Source: a virus (lineage: Duplodnaviria; Caudoviricetes). Taken from it: a DNA stretch of 48,034 nucleotides. Below the pieces are notes generated by a model, which did not search any database, had not been told where the DNA came from, and saw only the letters and a list, made by a program, of their open reading frames with translations. A program made the position numbers and the translations under genes. This document shows positions 37,760 to 45,629 of the stretch, one piece after another; position 1 is the first letter of the stretch, and each line of letters starts with the position of its first letter. The stretch is taken from the IMG/VR virus record IMGVR_UViG_3300005611_000048, positions 1 to 48,034 of that record; one strand, 5' to 3'.

Positions 37760-38244
37760 GATGATGTGCTCCGTTGTGAAATGATTAAGTAAAGTTGCTT
37801 CTCTTCAGAAGGTGTGAGCATTGACCTTTTAAGACTTGGTAGTGGAATCTCACCACATGGATTAATTCTTAACCCTTGTATATCTTTCTTAGAGTAAAGG
37901 TTAAACATTGCAAGAGCATCTACATGAGAGTCATGTTCAGTAAGATCATCAGCCAATATATAACCTTTATCTGGATTAGCAGGAAGTACTTTGTGCTCTC
38001 TAACTACTGCATCCTCTACAGCTCTTCCATCACCCTTTACAGATTCTAACCAGTGGGCTACGAAGCAATACCCCTTTATCTTATAACGAGTTCCATGTGA
38101 ATCGTTGGATTTTACCTCTTCAATAATGTACTCTTTACCAGCCATTCTAATCATAGATTTAGTAACTGTAAAATTAGCCGTTCTATGTGACTGTGAGAGG
38201 TTAGGTATAACCTTAACTAGTTGTCCCTTTTTAAAATAAGACAT
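37756..38244 (-). CDS. hypothetical protein (SH3-like N-terminus, NPCGEI motif)
   Basis: FKKGQLVKV...AGKEYII; GAGGT RBS. Confidence 0.7.
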   Translation of the reverse strand: MSYFKKGQLVKVIPNLSQSHRTANFTVTKSMIRMAGKEYIIEEVKSNDSHGTRYKIKGYCFVAHWLESVKGDGRAVEDAVVREHKVLPANPDKGYILADDLTEHDSHVDALAMFNLYSKKDIQGLRINPCGEIPLPSLKRSMLTPSEEKQLYLIISQRSTSS

Positions 38245-38253
38245 AACAAACCT

Positions 38254-38463
38254 CTAATCTCTTAAATCAAAAGCGTAATCCCTGCCCTCTATTAAGCCAT
38301 AGAATTGAGGATAGTGGGATACAGGTGCATTTTCTTGAGGAGGTAAGCCCGATTCACCATAGGCTAGAGTAGTAACCTCGTTACCCTCTTGAAGGAATGC
38401 CGCAGTCTGAGCCTCGATGACAGTACTTAACTCTACTTTATCAGGATCTCTAGTTGGATACAT
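38254..38463 (-). CDS. SutA RNAP-binding-domain-like protein
   Basis: IEAQTAAFLQEGNEVTTL.YGESG resembles the SutA core (helix ending F-L-x-x-G-G-x-V). Confidence 0.55.
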   Translation of the reverse strand: MYPTRDPDKVELSTVIEAQTAAFLQEGNEVTTLAYGESGLPPQENAPVSHYPQFYGLIEGRDYAFDLRD

Positions 38464-38869
38464 AAGGAATCTCTATCTCATGGTTAATTAAAAGGTAAGC
38501 TATCTGATCAAAGGTAAGCTTATACTTATCGTTTAGATCTGCGAGTCCTACACGATCTTCTGCGAGAACATCATTAGATTTAATATAAAATATTAAATTC
38601 TCTGGAAGAATCTCACTAGTACCTGATACAAGGAATATAGGGTCTAGCATTCCTCCGGGCATTAATTGAGTATTTATAACCTCTGAACCCTGTGTATACT
38701 CAAGTACACCTAAGCAGCAGAAACCTCTTCGACCTTTAAGCATACCTCTACATTGCTCATAATCACCACTGGCTAAATCCTCTGCCCACTGTTCAAGTGT
38801 AGCAGCATTTCTTTTATCTTCAAGTACATGACGGTGATCATCACATATCTGCACACTAATCTTTCTCAT
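38450..38869 (-). CDS. hypothetical protein, paralogue of 31023..31487
   Basis: WAEDLASGDYEQ...GFCCLGVL...LADLND...TFDQIA. Confidence 0.75.
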   Translation of the reverse strand: MRKISVQICDDHRHVLEDKRNAATLEQWAEDLASGDYEQCRGMLKGRRGFCCLGVLEYTQGSEVINTQLMPGGMLDPIFLVSGTSEILPENLIFYIKSNDVLAEDRVGLADLNDKYKLTFDQIAYLLINHEIEIPYVSN

Positions 38870-38987
38870 TCTAAACCTCTCAGCTTTCTAGTCCAACTAA
38901 CAAATTCAATTAATAAGATTATAACCCACATCAGGATGTTTGTAAACATTTAAACCTCAAGCACGTTGAACTAGAGTTTTCATAATA

Positions 38988-39161
38988 TTACCAGCTTACG
39001 CCAAACCAAAGACCTACGCCATGTATAACGCCAACAGGTGCAATAAAAGCTCCAGCTATGAGAAGTAGATACTTAGCCGTTAGTAGGCAATGGATTATAT
39101 GAGTTAACCATGCAGCTACAATAGATAAGCCTAGTAACAAAATAAATATAAATCTTTTCAT
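38988..39161 (-). CDS. small integral membrane protein (not in ORF track)
   Basis: 57 aa MKRFIFILLLGLSIVAAWLTHIIHC...IAPVGVIHGVGLWFGVSW; AAGGT RBS. Confidence 0.65.
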   Translation of the reverse strand: MKRFIFILLLGLSIVAAWLTHIIHCLLTAKYLLLIAGAFIAPVGVIHGVGLWFGVSW

Positions 39162-39178
39162 GATTAAATACCTTATAT

Positions 39179-39202
39179 AAAGAAAAAGCCCCCGAAGGGG
39201 CT
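39179..39202 (-). terminator. intrinsic terminator
   Basis: Minus strand AGCCCC-TTCG-GGGGCT followed by TTTTCTTT. Confidence 0.85.
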
Positions 39203-39238
39203 ATAAAGACCCACTAGGTTGTGGGAGTGCGAGGTAAT

Positions 39239-39457
39239 TTAGTGGCGGCGATAGGTGCCTTTGGATAATTCGTGGTTAATAGTAGGAACCTTATGGGTAG
39301 TGCCATCAGGCATAGGAGTGGATACAAGCTCGATGACTTTAGATACATGAAAGTATTTACCCTTAAGGTATACTTTCTTCGCTTTGTTGCGTAGAGTACG
39401 ACGATGACAGTACTTCTCGTAGCTCTCGTTAGGTTGACGCTCTAATACATTACTCAT
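39239..39457 (-). CDS. hypothetical protein
   Basis: 72 aa, GAGGTG RBS. Confidence 0.65.
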   Translation of the reverse strand: MSNVLERQPNESYEKYCHRRTLRNKAKKVYLKGKYFHVSKVIELVSTPMPDGTTHKVPTINHELSKGTYRRH

Positions 39458-39894
39458 GTGTTCACCTCTTTAAGTTTCATAGTTAATAGCTTAACCTCTT
39501 TCTCGGCTTTAGCTAATTGGTCTTCAATTTCCTTAGCTTTAATCTGTTGCTCTGTTAGTTGTGGTTTGATACGGTACTCATTTGCGGTATTCCATTCAGG
39601 GTATGGTAGATGCCTCCACTTAAGAGTCCCTGCACGCTGCTTACACTCTATATCAGCACCATCAGCCCATGCCTTGATAAGATCAGCATGTTTATGAGGC
39701 GGGTTAGGGTAGTAGGTATATATTTTAAACCTATTACTGTTAAATGTCCCAGTAACACCATCATCTCTCTTAACTATAATCTTAGAACCCCCTGTATTTA
39801 CATCTAAAACCTTATATGTTTTACCTTGAGTAAGCCAAGTAGGATAAGCAGAGTCAAGATATACAACCACATCTCCAGCTTTAAAGTCACTCAT
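39454..39894 (-). CDS. hypothetical protein
   Basis: ORF 39454..39945; likelier start 39894 (MSDFKAGD, GGAG RBS); HKHADLIKAWADGA..E....W......P.W....EYRIKP pattern. Confidence 0.7.
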   Translation of the reverse strand: MSDFKAGDVVVYLDSAYPTWLTQGKTYKVLDVNTGGSKIIVKRDDGVTGTFNSNRFKIYTYYPNPPHKHADLIKAWADGADIECKQRAGTLKWRHLPYPEWNTANEYRIKPQLTEQQIKAKEIEDQLAKAEKEVKLLTMKLKEVNT

Positions 39895-39965
39895 AAGAAA
39901 CTCTCCCATATAATATAGCCTATAAACGCGGCTAAAGAAATACAAATAATAAATGTTAACATGAA

Positions 39966-40175
39966 TTAACCTCTAAACTTTTTACGTAGAAATAGCATTA
40001 ACTGTATTAATATTACAATAGGCCATCCTATAATAATCCATATTGTAATAACTACTAGACCGAATTGACCTGCTAAATTAGAAGTCAGCTCCTCTTGTAA
40101 TGACTCATCCATGTAGTATAGATACATAGACGCTACTAATACACCACTTACTAGATACCATTCAAAGAAGTTCAT
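39966..40175 (-). CDS. hypothetical membrane protein
   Basis: Two hydrophobic helices with a WP motif. Confidence 0.6.
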   Translation of the reverse strand: MNFFEWYLVSGVLVASMYLYYMDESLQEELTSNLAGQFGLVVITIWIIIGWPIVILIQLMLFLRKKFRG

Positions 40176-40179
40176 AAAG

Positions 40180-40368
40180 TTATAGACCTGCTATCTGTGA
40201 GTTTAGTATATCTATTGAATAACGGTAAGATTCTCGTTGATTCTCAAGAATGTTAAGCTCATCAGAGCTAAGACTTCCTTTAACAATACACTCGGTTAAC
40301 TTTTCTACTGCATCGAGTAAGTACTCACGCTTAACAATAAGATCAACTTTCTTTGGAGAAATGCCCAT
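40180..40368 (-). CDS. hypothetical protein
   Basis: 62 aa in the early gene array. Confidence 0.55.
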   Translation of the reverse strand: MGISPKKVDLIVKREYLLDAVEKLTECIVKGSLSSDELNILENQRESYRYSIDILNSQIAGL

Positions 40369-40381
40369 GATGACAGTACCT

Positions 40382-40840
40382 CTATGCTTGCTCTAACTTA
40401 TTAAGTAACCTGTTATATGCCTCTACATCTTTACCATTAGGTTGATGTACAGTTTTAAATTCGTAATGACGCTTGAAGTGTTTAACATCTGAGGCAGCCA
40501 CCCTTTCAGGTGTCAATTTGTTACACACTAAGTACCTAGTAACTAAGTTAATGCCTGATTCATGATACCACTGTCCCTCATACTGCTCTACATACTCTTC
40601 AAAGTATACAGATATTATTTCAGGAGCAGCTTCTATGCTATCAATAAACTTCTTGACACCAGCTAAACTTTTATCTACTACTTCTACCGTACTCTCCTTA
40701 ACATTAACATAAAGGAATGAGCCATAGCTTTGAGGTATAGGAGTACCGTTAACAAAAGATCTCTCCTTATCATAACGTAACTTCTCACGTTCAAGGTAGT
40801 GGTTATATAGTAGCTGTTCTTGGTGTTCAGTTAGTTTCAT
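40382..40840 (-). CDS. hypothetical protein
   Basis: 152 aa in the early gene array. Confidence 0.65.
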   Translation of the reverse strand: MKLTEHQEQLLYNHYLEREKLRYDKERSFVNGTPIPQSYGSFLYVNVKESTVEVVDKSLAGVKKFIDSIEAAPEIISVYFEEYVEQYEGQWYHESGINLVTRYLVCNKLTPERVAASDVKHFKRHYEFKTVHQPNGKDVEAYNRLLNKLEQA

Positions 40841-40842
40841 GT

Positions 40843-41052
40843 TTAAAGGTTAACTATTGTGGTCATGATAGAGTCAAGCTGCTGTTTTAACTCCTGTAGT
40901 TTAGGCTCAATTAAATCATACTCTTCATTTAGAAAGTCGATAGGGTGTAGACTCTCTAACATCTTATCATGGGTGTCACGCATAGTAGAGTAGATAGCCC
41001 CTAACTTAGCCATAGTTTCAAAATGTGTTACTTCCTTATCATCATATGTCAT
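40843..41052 (-). CDS. hypothetical protein
   Basis: 69 aa, GAGGTGG RBS. Confidence 0.6.
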   Translation of the reverse strand: MTYDDKEVTHFETMAKLGAIYSTMRDTHDKMLESLHPIDFLNEEYDLIEPKLQELKQQLDSIMTTIVNL

Positions 41053-41069
41053 AGTACCACCTCATAAAG

Positions 41070-41360
41070 TTATACTAAGCCGAGTGCTTGCGCTCTCTTG
41101 TAGGTTTCTGCGTACTCTGGAAGATGTGCCCTAGCATGTTCAGTTAGTTCACCGCTCTTATAATCACCAGCCTCATTGCCATAAACAATAGCAGCGGATA
41201 CTCCGTGAGATGGATGCACATATACACCTAGATCAAACAAGTATTCTTTACCTGTTATGTCATCAGTGTACTCATAGCTACCTAGGTATACGCAGTAATC
41301 CCACATCCACTCTCGCGCACTAGGATAATTAAGTTTGACGTTATGTAATAACATACACAA
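41070..41360 (-). CDS. hypothetical protein
   Basis: 96 aa, GAGGT RBS; C.YLG...DL...YGNEAGDYKSG pattern. Confidence 0.65.
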   Translation of the reverse strand: MCMLLHNVKLNYPSAREWMWDYCVYLGSYEYTDDITGKEYLFDLGVYVHPSHGVSAAIVYGNEAGDYKSGELTEHARAHLPEYAETYKRAQALGLV

Positions 41361-41383
41361 TTACCTCATAATAAATATTATAA

Positions 41384-41405
41384 AGCCTACCCCGAAGGGT
41401 AGACT
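41384..41405 (-). terminator. UUCG hairpin (weak terminator or stabiliser)
   Basis: Minus strand AGTCTACCC-TTCG-GGGTAGGCT followed by TTATAAT. Confidence 0.6.
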
Positions 41406-41420
41406 CTAAATACCTACTAC

Positions 41421-42128
41421 CTAGAACTGACCGGCTGCTGCCATAGGTGCTGATTCCATTGCTCCAGCTTCACGAGCTTTGTCATTCCAAAACTTAGTGT
41501 AATCATCTAAGCTACAAGCACCTTGACTGATACAGAAATTAGCAAACGTATCGATAGTTTCCTGCGTAGGAACTGTATCTTCATCGGTGTGAGAATGGAA
41601 TAACTTAACTTGATTCCAAAGAGTAGACTTCAAACCTTTACGGAAATCTTTAGCCTTTGGTTTCTTAGCAACATCCTTTTGAGTAAAGGATAGGATAGCA
41701 TCACGACACGCTACTACTGCATCATCCGTAGATGTTAGTATATCAGTGTGACGTTTAGCTTCTTTAGTAACGTAAAACTTTTGTTCATCTAGCTTCCAGC
41801 CGGTGATAACACCGACATTCTTAAAGAATTCTAGAATAGAATCAGAGTTTACGTTATCAGGAAGGTTTAGGTACAGCTCGTCATCATTCCCTTTAGTATA
41901 CATAAGGTTTTCTAGTGCTGATTTATCCCCATACATATGCATGTGAATAGCCGCACGTTTCGCACCTTCTGCAAACCAAGTGTTACCCTTGACCCAATTA
42001 GACATTGCTTGCTTGCCACAGTGCCGGATTCTCTTAAGGTTTGACGTTTCGGTTTCATCGAGTAGCATTTCTGCTGTCAATTCAACCGCGTTAGCTGCAA
42101 TAGATAATACTGATTTCATAATGTTCAC
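41421..42128 (-). CDS. hypothetical early protein
   Basis: 235 aa ORF with a long structured 5' region and a 3' hairpin. Confidence 0.75.
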   Translation of the reverse strand: MNIMKSVLSIAANAVELTAEMLLDETETSNLKRIRHCGKQAMSNWVKGNTWFAEGAKRAAIHMHMYGDKSALENLMYTKGNDDELYLNLPDNVNSDSILEFFKNVGVITGWKLDEQKFYVTKEAKRHTDILTSTDDAVVACRDAILSFTQKDVAKKPKAKDFRKGLKSTLWNQVKLFHSHTDEDTVPTQETIDTFANFCISQGACSLDDYTKFWNDKAREAGAMESAPMAAAGQF

Positions 42129-42658
42129 CGTTAGCTTGGTTTTTATAGCGGGACTGCCGCTACCACAGTGATAGAAAGTCTATCCGATAAGGTACGATGA
42201 AATACCCTATAAGATAGACTCTCACAATATGATGTTTAAGAATACGTTAGTATCAATAGGCTACTCCCAATAGATTGCTAGTCGATTGTCCAGCAAAATA
42301 GCCTATTTTTATGATGACATTTATCGAGACCCACTACCAGACCGCCCGCAGCGCCGATTACATCTGCTATATAATAGACTTACAATGTTCTAGTCTTTAG
42401 TGCAAAGTAAAGATTAACTTTTGTTAACTTTAGTATTGCTCTGCTTCTTGCTTGGTGATAAGTAACGCTATCCAATTAGACCATGCTTTCAGTGCATGAA
42501 ATAAAGCCACTAGATAGACTTCACCCACTTGCTCACTTGTAAAACTGGTTCCGGCACTTGCGAGCTATTACATAGTTACCTATGTAAGCCGGTATAACTT
42601 TCTAACAATTTCAGTATATACACTCTAAGAAGAATGTATATAGTGAATATGTCACAAT

Positions 42659-42901
42659 TTAGATCTGAGAATCAGTTGCTCCCATTGTAAAGCATTGACC
42701 TGCCTTTTGCCTTGGGTCGATGCCGTCAGCACTCCGCGAAAAGTTTTTACGCTTCCCGACTGAGTTACCGCGTTCAATCCATGCAGTAGCGTAGGCTAGG
42801 TCATGCTCAGCTTGGCGCGCATTATCCGCCTCTGCAAACTTCTGCATATAGCGGCGAGCGTTACGCTCTGCGTTACGTTGTAACCTTCTTTTACTTGGCA
42901 T
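42659..42901 (-). CDS. hypothetical early protein
   Basis: 80 aa basic ORF with GGAGG upstream. Confidence 0.6.
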   Translation of the reverse strand: MPSKRRLQRNAERNARRYMQKFAEADNARQAEHDLAYATAWIERGNSVGKRKNFSRSADGIDPRQKAGQCFTMGATDSQI

Positions 42902-43053
42902 TGTTAAGCTTTAACCTCCGCAATTGTTCTCTGGAAAAAGATATATAACGCTTGTACTCCTTAGTATCCTTTTTAATCACTAAGGAAATATACGCCATTC
43001 TGCGGTAGAATCCAATCAAACCAATTAGATGGATTTTCATGGAATTACTCATA
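42891..43053 (-). CDS. hypothetical early protein
   Basis: ORF 42891..43094; likelier start at MSNSM after GAGG. Confidence 0.5.
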
Positions 43054-43142
43054 AAAGAATCCTCAAAAAAGCTCGCTGTTAAAATCGCGCACAATGAGCT
43101 AGACGCGGATGATTTAAGTAATCATCAAACTATGTAAACAAG

Positions 43143-43151
43143 AATATAGCA
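43143..43151 (-). promoter_or_regulatory. possible extended -10 sigma70 promoter for the early arm
   Basis: Minus strand TG-C-TATATT about 90 nt upstream of the first early ORF; no good -35. Confidence 0.4.
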
Positions 43152-43423
43152 AAATCGGAGACTGTCATTGTCATTTAGTGACAACATGCAAATTAATTTA
43201 AAATAAATAAAACTCGAATTTTGCCTATATAGAAACAAGAACAGACCCCTTTTTACTACCAGAACTAAACCAATAAAGCAATAGTAAATAATACACTTGA
43301 CACTCTGTAAAGCCGTATAAGCGATAAGAATAAAAGCCATACAAACGTATTACCCTATAGTCTAAAAGCTCACAGAAGGCCGTACAATTCGATGCATTGA
43401 TATATAAAGGAAAAATAGTGAGG

Positions 43424-43670
43424 TGGCACGCATTATGCTACTAGCAATAACTAGGCCAATAGATAGAACAGAACATTAATCTTTGTTCACATTGGAGTAT
43501 GCAAGTATCATGCCAAGTTATCAGGTTATCACATTACAGATACGTAATAATATGAAAGCAATAAGTATGCCAAGTTTACGAGAATGTGAATTGTTGGGGG
43601 GTTTGTTGTATTTACTTGCATTTTACATTCACATATGCTTACAGATAAAATCTATGCATATCTCATGCCA
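43424..43670. promoter_or_regulatory. cluster of five sigma54 (-24/-12)-type sites
   Basis: TGGC-N8-TGC(A/T) with exact GG-N10-GC spacing at 43424-43439 (+) and at 43443-43458, 43500-43515, 43557-43572 and 43655-43670 (-). Confidence 0.7.
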
Positions 43671-44058
43671 ATTATTCATGATGAAACATTAATTATATTT
43701 AATTTGACATTTGATGCGGAATGTGGTAGGGGTGGGGGGTAAAAAAGAGGATATTCGTATGTAGGGGTGTACCCACCCTGCTATATTTTATGCGGATTTC
43801 AGGTCATTTTGATCTGTATATGATTCATACAGGAGTAATATGGGTTATATATAGTTAAATCCCACCCTAAACATCCGACTTATACTCCACCAAGATGAAC
43901 CAATCTCTTTGGATGAGAGTTGGCTTGTACGAGTGGAGGTTCGGAGTGTTTTCTCCCTCCCTATCGAAATTATCCAAAGATTTCGGTAGTGTATGGGGGT
44001 ACAAAGTGAAGATATTTGTAATATATTTCATATTTTTTATAGTTTTTCGTGTTTTTGG

Positions 44059-44087
44059 GGAACTAAAGAGGTCTTTTTGGTGTCTAA
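44059..44087 (+). promoter_or_regulatory. sigmaE/AlgU-type (ECF) promoter at the head of the + strand (late) arm
   Basis: GGAACT-aaagaggtctttttggt(17)-GTCTAA. Confidence 0.68.
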
Positions 44088-44306
44088 GTAATAAAACTTT
44101 CTTAGAGTTAGGAAAGTTAAAGATTTTACTTGTTTTTATCTTTGACTTTTCTAAGTCTTACTACGAAAAAAGCTCTACGCTTTTGAGTAGCTACGAGCTT
44201 TCTAAGTAATTAGAAAGGTTGTAGGAAAGTTACTACGAGAAGTTAATTATCTACTCTTCGAGTAGTATAGGAATTCCTTAAAAATAAACATATAGGTTTA
44301 CTGACT

Positions 44307-44678
44307 ATGAAGAAAAGTATACTAATAGGTTTACTCTGGTTATTTGGTAGTGCAGGTGTACTTGCAGATAGAGATGTGAACATTGTATGGGATGATATTC
44401 CTTGTCCTGCTTCTTGTGGTTCTGTCACAGGTTGGAAAATAGAGATTACTACTCCCTCTGGAGTTGAAGTCGTAGATTCTAAAGATCTTCCTGATCCCTT
44501 GAACACTACGTACCTTGCTCAAGATATAACCCTTGGATTCAGTGAACAGGTCTGTGCTAGAGTGTTGGGCTATAATGCCGCGGGTGATGGGCCTTGGTCA
44601 GATCCCGGATGTGCAACCACTTCCGCACAAGAAGTACCCGGTCAAACTTCACTCACAGTAACTATTCCAAACAATTAG
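44307..44678 (+). CDS. exported fibronectin type III/Ig-like domain protein
   Basis: Signal peptide MKKSILIGLLWLFGSAGVLA; V.WD...GWKI...ARVLGYNAAGDGPWS FN3 pattern; four cysteines. Confidence 0.72.
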   Translation: MKKSILIGLLWLFGSAGVLADRDVNIVWDDIPCPASCGSVTGWKIEITTPSGVEVVDSKDLPDPLNTTYLAQDITLGFSEQVCARVLGYNAAGDGPWSDPGCATTSAQEVPGQTSLTVTIPNN

Positions 44679-44681
44679 AAT

Positions 44682-44755
44682 ATTCGGGGCAGCTATGGTA
44701 GCGGTCGGGCCTCCAAAACCTTGACGAGTGAGTTCGATTCTCACCCCGTTTGCCA
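44682..44755 (+). tRNA. degenerate tRNA-Trp (anticodon CCA), possibly a pseudo-tRNA
   Basis: Perfect T arm GTGAG-TTCGATT-CTCAC, anticodon loop CTCCAAA, discriminator G plus encoded CCA; mismatches in the acceptor and anticodon stems. Confidence 0.6.
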
Positions 44756-44768
44756 AATAGAGAGTTTT

Positions 44769-44978
44769 ATGAAATCCACAGATATAATGAAATGGGACTT
44801 CTATAACCTAAGACTACCTCCTGAAGAGATAAAGGAGTGGGAAGAGAGTATCGCAGAGTCTAGAATTATATTCGAGAGTCTATGGAAAAACATCCAAAAA
44901 ACACAAGATAGAATAATCAAAGAGTGTATAGATGAGCAAAGAACTACTTTCGGAAGAGGAACTGAAGGAGCTGTATGA
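44769..44978 (+). CDS. hypothetical protein
   Basis: ORF 44721..44978; start moved to ATG 44769, downstream of the tRNA-like element. Confidence 0.5.
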   Translation: MKSTDIMKWDFYNLRLPPEEIKEWEESIAESRIIFESLWKNIQKTQDRIIKECIDEQRTTFGRGTEGAV

Positions 44979-45564
44979 TCCGAGATCAGTATGCACTCCT
45001 GAAGAGAGACTAGAAGCAGTAGCCAATCATATCCTGAAAGGGATGACCATCAAAGATGCGGCTAACCAAGTTCCGAACCCTGACCTAACCCCTTCGGTTA
45101 TGTACCAGTGGAAACGGAAGAAGTGGTATCCAAAGCTAGTCCAGAAGTTAAGGGGAATCCAAGACGAAGAATTAACGTCTAAAGCTATCCCCATTATGAA
45201 GACAGCCCTTGATCAGATTAATGATAGGGTTTTATACGGTGATGAAAAGGTCACTAAGGACGGAGAAAGAATCCGTCAGAAGGTGTCCGCACGAGATCTA
45301 ACTCACGTAGTAGCTACCCTACAGGATATGCGACCTAAGTGGGAAGAAGCGGATAACCAGAGAAATAAGGAAGAGGGTGAGATTAAGGATACTTTGCAGG
45401 ATATAGCGGGTATGCTTATGAAGACCGTCAAAGAGGCTAGAGGTGGCGTAACCATTCACGACCACACAGACGAAAAAGATATAACGGATGTAATATCCGA
45501 AGACGAGGTTCCAGATAATGACGCAGATGTTCAAGGACATGGAGCCATATATACTACCCCGTGA
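44932..45564 (+). CDS. putative terminase small subunit / HTH DNA-binding protein
   Basis: N-terminal HTH (GMTIKDAA...PSVMYQWKRKKW), then helices with DRVLYGD...VSARDL; acidic tail. Confidence 0.6.
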   Translation: MSKELLSEEELKELYDPRSVCTPEERLEAVANHILKGMTIKDAANQVPNPDLTPSVMYQWKRKKWYPKLVQKLRGIQDEELTSKAIPIMKTALDQINDRVLYGDEKVTKDGERIRQKVSARDLTHVVATLQDMRPKWEEADNQRNKEEGEIKDTLQDIAGMLMKTVKEARGGVTIHDHTDEKDITDVISEDEVPDNDADVQGHGAIYTTP

Positions 45565-45629
45565 TACTTATCGTAGATGCTCTCGATATAGTATGCAACC
45601 GTTACTAACTTACGATTCCAAGGTGGATT

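Noticed and set aside
43424-43670. CRISPR-like mini-array (57 bp period)
   Set aside because: The repeats are only about 16 bp, degenerate and on both strands, with no cas genes. A sigma54-type motif explains them better.
43704-43732. sigma70 promoter TTGACA-N17 on the + strand
   Set aside because: The -35 is perfect but the -10 position reads TAGGGG, too poor to call.
43125-44209. ORFs 43125..43340, 43483..43692 and 43895..44209
   Set aside because: They have low-complexity F/I/L-rich translations, lack clear RBSs and overlap the regulatory motif arrays, so they are probably non-coding.
44682-44755. tRNA fragment as an attP site of a temperate phage
   Set aside because: No integrase or repressor is visible, and the element spans a full tRNA length rather than just a 3' end.
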